Shown: positions 49,728 to 57,878 of the stretch, piece by piece
Position numbering within the stretch: position 1 is the first letter of the stretch
How the letters are laid out: each line of letters opens with the position of its first letter
From: an uncultured Gemmatimonadales bacterium
GTDB lineage: Bacteria; Gemmatimonadota; Gemmatimonadetes; Gemmatimonadales; GWC2-71-9
DNA: 64,000 nucleotides
Reading direction: 5' to 3'
Assembly: GCA_963825055.1 (NCBI GenBank)
Contig: CAWGSK010000018.1
Span: forward strand, 1 to 64,000
Program-made: the position numbers and the translations under genes
Notes under the pieces: generated by a model
What the model was told of the DNA's origin: nothing
Seen by the model: only the letters and a program-made list of their open reading frames with translations
Databases searched by the model: none

Positions 49728-50849
49728 ATGCGTGACTTTTCCCTGAAGCGGTGGTTGGTGGTAGGCGCCCTGCTGAGCGGGCTGCCGGCCGTGGGGCTGG
49801 CGCAGGACGTCAACCAGGACAACACGCCCTATGGCACGACGGCGGCGGAGTTTCTGCTGCTGGGAGCCGGGGCGCGGGGCACGGCGCTGGGCGGAGCCTA
49901 TTCGGCGATCGCCAGCGACGTGAGTGCCCTGTACTACAATCCCGCCGGCGCGGCGCTGATGGCGCGGCCGGGGGCGATGCTGGGGACGTATGACTACGTG
50001 GCCGGGACCCGGTACACGTGGGGCGGGATTGCGTTCCCGTTCGGCAACGGGGCCCGGACGTTCGGGCTCCAGCTGGGGACGTTCGGGTTCAATGACCAGC
50101 CGGTGTACACGGTGGACCAGCCGGAAGGCACGGGGTCGGTGTACTCGGTGAATGAGACGTTCGCGGGCCTGACGTACGCGGAGAACTTCTCGGACCGCTT
50201 CAGTGCGGGCATCACGGCGAAGTTCGTCTCGGACAACCTGGGCGATGCGAACGGGTCGGCGTTTGCGGTGGACTTCGGGACGAACTTCCACGCGATGCTG
50301 AACAACCATCCGGTGAAGTTCTCGTTCGTGCTGGCGAACCTGGGCACGGACCTGAGCTACAGCGGGGACGCGCTGAACACGGGCTCGGCGCGGGATCCGC
50401 TGCCGGGCGAGGACCCGGTGCCGAGCCTGGACCAGCCGGCGCGGCTGCGGACGAAGGGCTTCCCGCTGCCGACGACGTTCCGGGTGGGGCTGGCGTACGA
50501 CCTCCTGACGGGGGCGTCGAACCGGCTGACGGTGCTGAGTGACTTCAACCAGCCGAACAACAACTCGGCGGGCTTCTCGGCCGGGGCGGAGTGGATGCTG
50601 GACCAGCTGGGGGGCAGCGCCTTCGGGGTCGCCCTGCGGGGGAGCTACTCGTACAACCCGGCGAACAACCTGGAGCCGGCCAGCCTGTCGTCGACGGCGC
50701 TGCTGGACGAGGAAAACCTCCAGGGCCTGGCGTTCGGCGGCGGGCTGAACTACCAGACGGGCAACTTCCGCCTGGGCGTGGACTACGCCTGGAAGTACAT
50801 GGGCGTGCTCGGCTCGACCAACTTCTTCAGCTTCAACATCGGCTGGTAA
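49728..50849 (+). CDS. PorV/PorQ-family outer-membrane beta-barrel
   Basis: FLLLGAGARGTALGGAY.AIASDVSALYYNPAG; AVDFG, LP..FRVG, GAEW, ALRG.Y, DYA; terminal W. Confidence 0.88.
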   Translation: MRDFSLKRWLVVGALLSGLPAVGLAQDVNQDNTPYGTTAAEFLLLGAGARGTALGGAYSAIASDVSALYYNPAGAALMARPGAMLGTYDYVAGTRYTWGGIAFPFGNGARTFGLQLGTFGFNDQPVYTVDQPEGTGSVYSVNETFAGLTYAENFSDRFSAGITAKFVSDNLGDANGSAFAVDFGTNFHAMLNNHPVKFSFVLANLGTDLSYSGDALNTGSARDPLPGEDPVPSLDQPARLRTKGFPLPTTFRVGLAYDLLTGASNRLTVLSDFNQPNNNSAGFSAGAEWMLDQLGGSAFGVALRGSYSYNPANNLEPASLSSTALLDEENLQGLAFGGGLNYQTGNFRLGVDYAWKYMGVLGSTNFFSFNIGW

Positions 50850-50860
50850 CCCTGCATACG

Positions 50861-50889
50861 GCGCCCCGGCGGGCATCCCGCCGGGGCGC
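50861..50889. other. Intercistronic GC hairpin without U-tract
   Basis: gcgccccggcggg-cat-cccgccggggcgc perfect 13-bp stem. Confidence 0.7.
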
Positions 50890-50894
50890 AAGGG

Positions 50895-52343
50895 ATGGAT
50901 CACATGGGAGTAATCACGCTGCTGGCCGCCGTCGGTGCCCTGACGGGTCCCGTACGACATGCACCGTTGGTCCCCGGCGGGAACGGGGACGAACTCATCG
51001 TGCACGCCGTGCGCTTCTACCGGGGCGTGGGCGATTCCGAGACCCGGACGGCGGTGAAGGCCTTTGTGCAGGTACCCTACCTGCACCTTCGCCCCGCCGG
51101 AGACATGGCAACCTTCACTGTCTCCGTCGTCGTTCGGGACTCGGCCGGAACCGCGCTCACGCAGGATGCGTGGCCGGCCCAGCACGTCCGGGCAGAGTTG
51201 TGCCAGCCGGGCGCCTACAGCGTGAACATGATGGAATTCCAGGTGCTGCCCGGATCGTATGACCTGGAAGTGGTGGTGACCGACTCGGTCTCGGGCACGG
51301 TCATGACCGCGTCCGCGCCGATTACCGGGTTTGCGCGCCCGCCCCGGGTCTCGGACCTGCTGCTGTCTCCCAGCATCAGGCCCACCGGGGGCGATTCCAC
51401 CCCGTCCGGAGGCGAGTGGCGCAGTGGGAACGTCATGGTGGCCTCCGCCGCGCAGCTGCACCTGACGCCACTTCGGGCCAATCTCTTCTACCTGCTGGAG
51501 GTATACACCGACTCCCTCACGGCAGGCACGATCTCGCTCGACGTGGTGGACAGTACGGGACGTGTCCTCCTGAACCGGCCGCCCCGCCCGATGCAGCTGG
51601 CGGCGGGCGGCGGGGTGCTGATGGGCCAGGTGGACCTCGAGGGCCTCCCCGAGGGGACGTACACGCTCAAGACGCATCTTTCCCTCCCGTCGGGCACCGC
51701 CGAGCAGGCAGCGACCTTTACCATGGCCGGCCTGCAGGAGACGGTCGCGCGCGCGGCGGAGATGCGTGAGGCCAGCCGTTCCTCGGACGCCGGCTACTTT
51801 GCGGGCCGGACGGATGAGGAATTGAAGGCCCTTGCCGAGCCGCTGGAGTACATCGCGGGGAGTGGCGAGATGAAGCCGTTCGACGGGCTGTCAGTGCAGG
51901 CCAGGCGCGATTTCCTCGCCGCGTTCTGGGCCCGGCGGAATCCGGACACGTCCGGGAGAACCAACCCTGCGCGCGACGGATTCTATTCGGCCATCGACTA
52001 CGCGAACGCGGCCTTCCGCGAGCCGGGGCGTAATTCACGCCCCGGATGGAAGACTGAGCGCGGCGAGGTATGGGCACGATACGGCAAGCCGGACGAGGAA
52101 CTGGAACGGGTGCGCTCCGGGATCGCCCCCACCTACGAGGTGTGGCGTTATACGAACGGTCGCGCGCGGTACTTCGTCTTCGCCGATCGCACGGGGCTTG
52201 GGCACTACTCCCTGCTGACCTCGAACGACCTGCAGTTCCGCGGGGTGATGGACTGGCGCGACCGCCTGGGGGAGGATGCCGTCCGCGACATCGGCCAGTT
52301 CCTGAGCGTCGACTTCTACCAATCCGCGCGGCCCGACTTCTAG
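50895..52343 (+). CDS. GWxTD-domain protein (variant GWKTE)
   Basis: FLAAFWARRNP, YANAAF, GWKTERGEVWARYGKPDE, YEVWRY, FVFAD; N-terminal Ig-like domains. Confidence 0.85.
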   Translation: MDHMGVITLLAAVGALTGPVRHAPLVPGGNGDELIVHAVRFYRGVGDSETRTAVKAFVQVPYLHLRPAGDMATFTVSVVVRDSAGTALTQDAWPAQHVRAELCQPGAYSVNMMEFQVLPGSYDLEVVVTDSVSGTVMTASAPITGFARPPRVSDLLLSPSIRPTGGDSTPSGGEWRSGNVMVASAAQLHLTPLRANLFYLLEVYTDSLTAGTISLDVVDSTGRVLLNRPPRPMQLAAGGGVLMGQVDLEGLPEGTYTLKTHLSLPSGTAEQAATFTMAGLQETVARAAEMREASRSSDAGYFAGRTDEELKALAEPLEYIAGSGEMKPFDGLSVQARRDFLAAFWARRNPDTSGRTNPARDGFYSAIDYANAAFREPGRNSRPGWKTERGEVWARYGKPDEELERVRSGIAPTYEVWRYTNGRARYFVFADRTGLGHYSLLTSNDLQFRGVMDWRDRLGEDAVRDIGQFLSVDFYQSARPDF

Positions 52344-52453
52344 AGGGACCGGATGGACGGGGGACGAGATTGGCGGCGGGGCGGGTCGGTGACCCGCCCC
52401 TCCTGCTGTACGGCGATTCTCCTATCTTTGCCGGGACTCCTTCACGAGCCTCG

Positions 52454-53103
52454 ATGGAATATCACGAGATCACGGTACCCAGAACCGCGCGCTTTGCCCT
52501 CTCGGCTGATCCGGGCGATGCCACGACCGAAATCTGGTTCGCCTGTCACGGGTACGCCCAGCTCGCGGGCAGCTTCCTGGAATCCATCATGCCTGCCGCT
52601 GCTCCCGGGCGCGTGCTGGTGGCGCCTGAGGGCCTCTCCCGTTTCTATCCCGACAGTGGGACCGGGCGGGTGGGGGCATCGTGGATGACGAAGGAGGGAA
52701 GGGAATCCGAAATCCGGGACTACGTGGCATTACTGGATGCCGTACGTGACGAAGTGACCCGCGGCCTTCCCTCGCCCCCCGCATCACGATCCTCGGCTTC
52801 TCCCAGGGGGCGGCTACGGCGTTCCGATGGGCGGTGCGCGGGAGGACACCCCCGAACCGCCTTATCCTCTGGGGAGGCGGCGTTCCCGGCGATCACGACC
52901 CGGTAGCCACCCGACAGGTCCTCGGCGACACTCCGATGACCCTGGTAACCGGTACCCGCGACCGCTATACCAGCCCTTCGGTCATGGAACGTGACGCAGC
53001 CAGACTCCGGGAGACGGGCATGGCGGTGGATGTCGTGATTTTTGACGGAGGACACCGGCTGGATGATGCGACGCTGCTCGAACTGGCGGACAGGACGGAC
53101 TGA
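52454..53103 (+). pseudogene. Alpha/beta-hydrolase (phospholipase/carboxylesterase) split by a 1-nt frameshift
   Basis: First frame CHGYAQ, APEGLSRFY, VGASWMT; second frame RITILGFSQGAA...FDGGH; junction at C6 run 52775-52780. Confidence 0.8.
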
Positions 53104-53132
53104 CGACTGACGCTCCCCGATTCCCGACCCGT

Positions 53133-53522
53133 CTACTCACCCCTCAGCTTCCTCAAGTCCCGTCGATCTTTCTTGGACGGCTTGCCCTTCACCTGCCGGA
53201 GCGGGCCGTCCAGCCGGCTGGCCTGGAGCGCCCGGAGTTCGCGCTCCTTCCGGCTTTCCGGCAGTTCATCGTACAGCAGGGCGGCTTCCCTTGCCGGGCC
53301 CCTTCGGAGCGAAAGCTCACGCACGATGACCCGATACTCGTAGATACCCTGACGAATTCGTATCTCTTCCCCGGGGCGGATGGTTCGTGCCCGCTTGACC
53401 CGGCTGCCGTCCATCTGGACTTTCCCTCCGTCAATCGCGGCGGCGGCCATTGCCCGCGTCTTGTAGAAACGAGCGGCCCAGAGCCACTTGTCAAGCCGCT
53501 CGTCGCCGGGCGATTCAGGCAT
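53133..53522 (-). CDS. hslR: Ribosome-associated heat shock protein Hsp15 (S4 domain)
   Basis: RLDKWLWAARFYKTR, GGKV, RRGPA..A..LY.E, GKPSKKDRR. Confidence 0.92.
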   Translation of the reverse strand: MPESPGDERLDKWLWAARFYKTRAMAAAAIDGGKVQMDGSRVKRARTIRPGEEIRIRQGIYEYRVIVRELSLRRGPAREAALLYDELPESRKERELRALQASRLDGPLRQVKGKPSKKDRRDLRKLRGE

Positions 53523-54084
53523 TGTAGATCTCTCCGCCACCTTCCTTATACAGCTCGAGAACTGCCTTTCCCTCTTCTTGTCGTATCCCCCTCCGCACCT
53601 CGACCCCCCGCCGGCCGAGATACTCCCAGGAGGAGGTGTAAACCGGTCCCTCGTCGAAGGATAGCTGCTCGGCATCCTCCCGGCGTGCTGCCGCCACCAG
53701 CCGACCGATCCCGCTCCAGAGGACCGCGCCGAGACACATGGCGCAGGGGTCGCACGAGGTGCCGAGTGTCATCGGCTGGCTTCCTGCGCGGGCGAGAGAG
53801 TGGTTACCCACTCGCGCGTGCGCGAGCATCAGGGCAACCACCTCGGCGTGGAGGACAGAGTTCTGCCTCGGTACGACGAGGTTGACCCCGGCTGCGATGA
53901 TTCCGCCGCTTCCGTCGACGACCACCGCCCCGAAGGGTCCCCCGGTACCGCGCTCGACGTTCTCGCGCGCCAGGGCAATCGCCAGCCCGGCGATCGCCTC
54001 ATCCGTGGCCAGGGCGCCCGTACGGGTCACGAGCGGGACCACCCACCCGGGAAGCGACAGCGTGATCGAAGGCTGAAGGTTCAC
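53515..54084 (-). CDS. Zn-dependent nucleoside/guanine deaminase
   Basis: GGPFGAVV, HAE, SCDPCAMC, FDEGP; start approximate. Confidence 0.88.
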   Translation of the reverse strand: MNLQPSITLSLPGWVVPLVTRTGALATDEAIAGLAIALARENVERGTGGPFGAVVVDGSGGIIAAGVNLVVPRQNSVLHAEVVALMLAHARVGNHSLARAGSQPMTLGTSCDPCAMCLGAVLWSGIGRLVAAARREDAEQLSFDEGPVYTSSWEYLGRRGVEVRRGIRQEEGKAVLELYKEGGGEIYNA

Positions 54085-54231
54085 CTGCTGCTCCCCCGCG
54101 ACCGTGCCCTGGCACTGTCTGACTGTGAATTGCATCACATCTTCCGGGGGCCGGAACCGGTAATTTCAAGCCCGGGAAAACATGAGGAGGGAGAGGTCCC
54201 CTCCAGTCTCCATTGAAGGAGTAGATAACTA

Positions 54232-54933
54232 ATGAATGTAACAAAGACTTTCGGACGCCTGGCAGGTGTGGCCGCACTGCTCATGGCGACCGGTGCGGCT
54301 CATAGCATGACCGCGCAGGTGAAGGATTCCACGGAAATGAAGGACGCTGCCCATGCGGCGGTGACGGTCGATACGAAGACCAATGTCGTGCTCAGCGACA
54401 GTGCCGTGATCGCCATGCTTCAGGTGGCCAACACGCAGCAGGTGGCGGCGGCCGATCTCGCGATCAGCAACAGCAACTCCGAAGAGGTCAAGGAGTTTGC
54501 CCGGACGCTCAAGTCCGACCATCAGGCCGCCCTCGACCAGCTGGACGCGCTCTCCCGGCAGCTCGCTGGCAACCCCTCGCCTGACAGCGGGATGGCCGCC
54601 GGCATGCCCGCCGACTCGGCCCGGCCGATGACGAAGGATGACCAGCCAGGGGATATGACCCCGCCGGACGCCGACGCCAACGTGCACGCTGACGCCGGCG
54701 CGGGCTTCATGTCGTCCCTCGAAGCCCTCAAGGGTCACGAGTTCGACCACGGTTTCGTGCGGCTCGAGATCAACGAGCACAAGAAAGAGATCGAGCACCT
54801 CCAGAATGAAGTGCTCCCCAAGATCGAGAACCCGGAACTGAAGCAGGCGATCGAGGCTTCCATCCCGAAGCTCCAGGACCACCTGCGGCAGGCCGTGGAA
54901 CTCGAGAAGATGCTGGGCAAGACCAGCGGCTGA
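54232..54933 (+). CDS. DUF4142-domain secreted protein
   Basis: GAAGGAG RBS; signal peptide; EVKEFA.....DH, FD..F......H, P.LQ.HL..A. Confidence 0.8.
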   Translation: MNVTKTFGRLAGVAALLMATGAAHSMTAQVKDSTEMKDAAHAAVTVDTKTNVVLSDSAVIAMLQVANTQQVAAADLAISNSNSEEVKEFARTLKSDHQAALDQLDALSRQLAGNPSPDSGMAAGMPADSARPMTKDDQPGDMTPPDADANVHADAGAGFMSSLEALKGHEFDHGFVRLEINEHKKEIEHLQNEVLPKIENPELKQAIEASIPKLQDHLRQAVELEKMLGKTSG

Positions 54934-54954
54934 ATGAGCGAAGCGCAAGAGCAG

Positions 54955-54996
54955 AAAGAGAAGCGCAGGGGGTTCCTCCCCCTGCGCTTTTCCTTT
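54955..54996. terminator. Bidirectional intrinsic terminator
   Basis: aagcgcaggggg-ttcct-ccccctgcgctt followed by T-rich tail, between convergent genes. Confidence 0.8.
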
Positions 54997-55961
54997 CAGC
55001 GCCTCTCTGCGGAGGGATACCCCAGTGCCCGGTTGAGCCAGCGTACCATGGGCAGCATCATCCTGAAATCGCGCTCGAGCCGATCTGGAAGCGAGCGGTC
55101 ATGTACTTCGTCGCCCAGCGGGCGGGATACCGTGAACGACCGGTACCGCAGCCAGGCGGCCGCAGGGTGGTCCTGGGCATAGCCGCGGGGCATGCGTTTC
55201 AGCATCGCCTCCTCGCTCAGGCTCCCGAAGCGTTTACGGAATCCCCGCACCCGCAGGGTGGCCGCAAATCCCTCCGGATCCTCCGCCAGGCTCTCCCGGA
55301 TCAGTCGGAGTCCCGCAGGGGGCGGCATCCAGATCCCACCCGCCACCAGGGATGCCCCCGGCTCGAGGTGGAAGTAGAACCCCGCTCCGCCCGTGTCCCC
55401 CGGACCGACGATCCGGCCGGCATCGCGGTGGTAGAACCAGCAGGCCGCGTGGGTCTTGAACGGTGACTTGTCGCGGGAAAAGCGGATGTCCCGGTAGAGC
55501 CGGAAGACGGATCGCTTCGGATCTCCAACCAGCTCCGGGGCCACCAGGCCGAGACGCGCGTCCATCTCTTCGATCAGCGCCTCCAGCGGCCTCCGGACCT
55601 CCTGGTCATGCACCAGCCTGGTCGTGGCGAACCAGTCCCGGTCATTGTGGCGGGCGAGGCTCCTGAAGAATCCCAGTGCTGCCGGGCTGAACCCGTGGAA
55701 GTCGTTCAGGGGGTTTGGGTTAGCCTGGATCAGGCGACGCTTGGCCCCGGTCGGTAACTGCTTGATCGCATGCTCGCGGCGCAGCGCGGCGCCCCGATCG
55801 GCTGCCGGCTCGAGCCACACCAGGGTTACCGGCCGCCGCGATCGGGTGTAGGCGCCGCCCCGGCCTGCATTGTGGGCCGTGATACGGGCGGCCGGATCGG
55901 GCGAGACACCGGTATAGAGCGACCCGTCGGCACAGCGGGCGAGGTAGACGAACCAGGACAT
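54996..55961 (-). CDS. GIY-YIG nuclease (UPF0213-like) fused to DUF2461 (TIGR02453) domain
   Basis: WFVYLARCADGSLYTG...R...HN.G.G..YTR.RRPV...E..IK, then in frame FF..L..HN.RDWF, FRLYRDIRFSRDKSPFKT, FYFH. Confidence 0.85.
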   Translation of the reverse strand: MSWFVYLARCADGSLYTGVSPDPAARITAHNAGRGGAYTRSRRPVTLVWLEPAADRGAALRREHAIKQLPTGAKRRLIQANPNPLNDFHGFSPAALGFFRSLARHNDRDWFATTRLVHDQEVRRPLEALIEEMDARLGLVAPELVGDPKRSVFRLYRDIRFSRDKSPFKTHAACWFYHRDAGRIVGPGDTGGAGFYFHLEPGASLVAGGIWMPPPAGLRLIRESLAEDPEGFAATLRVRGFRKRFGSLSEEAMLKRMPRGYAQDHPAAAWLRYRSFTVSRPLGDEVHDRSLPDRLERDFRMMLPMVRWLNRALGYPSAERR

Positions 55962-56086
55962 GGGAGTCGGGTATGGGGTATCGGGTATCGGGTGAGCTTG
56001 AAGGTACATTCGGGTGGATCGGCTGACACCAGCCCGCACGGCTATGGAATCATTTCCTTCCCGATCCCCGATCCCCGATCCCCGAT
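55962..56086. repeat. Facing heptamer arrays (GGGTATC)n ... (CCCGATC)n
   Basis: gggagtc gggtatg gggtatc gggtatc / cccgatc x3 in the divergent intergenic region. Confidence 0.75.
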
Positions 56087-56225
56087 AAAGAGGACTCCCG
56101 ACAATCGCGTCCCTCTTCTTGCTCTTTGCCTCTCGCGAATTGCCATCCCTCGCTTTTTGCCTGTTGTCTTTGCGAATCGGGCGCTATCTTAATCGGTGAC
56201 CCATCACCATACCCCCAGAGGGGAC

Positions 56226-57878
56226 ATGAACCAACGCCAGATGTACCGGCGCACGCTGCCGAGTCAGCGGACGCTGCTGGGCTGGCTGTTTTCCATCCGG
56301 GTGCTCCTGGCGATTGCGGGTGTTCTGGGCGCCTCGGTCACGTGGGTGGAGGCGCCGGATGTCGCCTTCATCATCACGGTCGCCGTTCTGCTCGCCTTCA
56401 CGGTCACGGCCTACGGCTACTGGTTCGTCTGGATCAAGGGGCGGGTACCGGGGAACGTTTTCCTCTTCCTGCAGGGCGCGGTCGACCTGGGTCTGGTCAC
56501 CACGATCGTGCACTTTACCGGCGGCAGCCTCAGCGGCTTCTCGGCGCTGTACGTCCTTGTCATTGCCTCCTATACCACGCTGATGAGCTTCCGCGCCGGG
56601 CTTGCCTTCGCGACGGTTGCGGCGCTGTCCTATTTCCTCGACGCCATCGTCAACCCCGGCGCGCTGGGCATCGCGTTCTGGGGACAGATTGCCGTCTTCG
56701 CCGCCGTATTCGGTGTCGTCGCCGGCATGATCTCGCGCCTGCGCGAAGTGAGCGAGGAGCAGGAGTCGCTCCAGACGGAGCTCATGCGGGTCCGCCTCGA
56801 GGCAGACGATATCCTGCGGAACATCCGTTCTGGTGTCCTCACCGTGGACGGCCAGGGCCGGCTCGCGTACATCAACCCGACCGCCGAGCGCCTGCTGCAG
56901 TTGAATGGGGAGACGCTGACCGGCTACCCGGTGCTGGACCAGCTCAAGCTGCGGTCGGCCGAACTCTGGGCGGCGATCGTTTCCGCCATCCGGACCGGGC
57001 GCAAGACCAATCGCGGGGAGGGCATGGTGCAGCTCGAGGACGGCCGGCTGTTCCCGATCGGGCTCAGCACCACGACCTTCGAGGAAGACTCGGACCAGGC
57101 TCCCTCGGTGACGGCCATCTTTACCGACATCTCGGACTCCAAGCGCCTCCAGGAGCTGCACCTCCGTGCCGAGCGCCTCGAGGCGGTCGCCTCGCTGAGC
57201 GCTGCGCTGGCGCACGAGATCCGCAATCCCCTGGCATCGATCCGGAGTGCGGTGGAACAGCTTGCCCGCTCCGCCAAGGCCGATGACGACGAGCGGTTCC
57301 TGGCGCAACTCATCGTGCGCGAGAGCGACCGCCTGAGCCGGCTGCTGAGCGAGTTCCTGGACTTCTCCCGCGTCCGTGCGACCCATTTCGACCCCGTGGA
57401 CCTCCATGAAGTCGCGGTCGCGGCCTCCCGGCTCGTGCGTGAACACCCTCATGCGGGCGGTGATGCCGTGATCGAAGTGGAGGGAGGGCGCACGACGGTC
57501 GAGGGAGACGAAGACCTCCTGCACCGTGTTCTTGTCAACCTGCTGTTGAATGCCGTTCAGGCAGCCTCCGGCACCGTCAGGATCAAGGTGAACGTCGGCC
57601 CGGCGCTGGTCAGCGATCTGCCTCCCGGCTGTGGCATCAGCAACCCGGTCCGGCTTTCCGTCAGCGACGACGGGCCCGGGATCCCGGAGGAATTGCGTGA
57701 GCGGCTCTTCGAGCCCTTCGTCACCGGCCGGCCTGGGGGGAGCGGCCTCGGACTGGCCATCGTCCAACGCGCGGTGGAAGCGCACCGCGGGCTCGTGCTC
57801 ATGGAAACATCCAGCGGGTCCGGTACCACCTTCACGATCTTTTTCCCGGCCAAGTGGTCGGCGGAGGACTTGGCATGA
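56226..57878 (+). CDS. pilS: PilS-like membrane sensor histidine kinase (PAS + HisKA + HATPase)
   Basis: ~6 TM with VDLGLVT..VHFTGG..S.FS.LY; LAHEIRNPL; NLLLNA; DDGPGI; GSGLGL; adjacent to pilR and pilA. Confidence 0.8.
   Translation: MNQRQMYRRTLPSQRTLLGWLFSIRVLLAIAGVLGASVTWVEAPDVAFIITVAVLLAFTVTAYGYWFVWIKGRVPGNVFLFLQGAVDLGLVTTIVHFTGGSLSGFSALYVLVIASYTTLMSFRAGLAFATVAALSYFLDAIVNPGALGIAFWGQIAVFAAVFGVVAGMISRLREVSEEQESLQTELMRVRLEADDILRNIRSGVLTVDGQGRLAYINPTAERLLQLNGETLTGYPVLDQLKLRSAELWAAIVSAIRTGRKTNRGEGMVQLEDGRLFPIGLSTTTFEEDSDQAPSVTAIFTDISDSKRLQELHLRAERLEAVASLSAALAHEIRNPLASIRSAVEQLARSAKADDDERFLAQLIVRESDRLSRLLSEFLDFSRVRATHFDPVDLHEVAVAASRLVREHPHAGGDAVIEVEGGRTTVEGDEDLLHRVLVNLLLNAVQAASGTVRIKVNVGPALVSDLPPGCGISNPVRLSVSDDGPGIPEELRERLFEPFVTGRPGGSGLGLAIVQRAVEAHRGLVLMETSSGSGTTFTIFFPAKWSAEDLA

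Noticed and set aside
45567..51677. Long - strand ORFs (888, 650 aa) over the cargo and porV genes
   Set aside because: Antisense shadows of well-supported + strand genes; Arg/Gly/Val-rich with no motifs.
55700..55961. GIY-YIG as a homing endonuclease or mobile element
   Set aside because: Short UPF0213-type domain with no intron, intein or terminal-repeat context.
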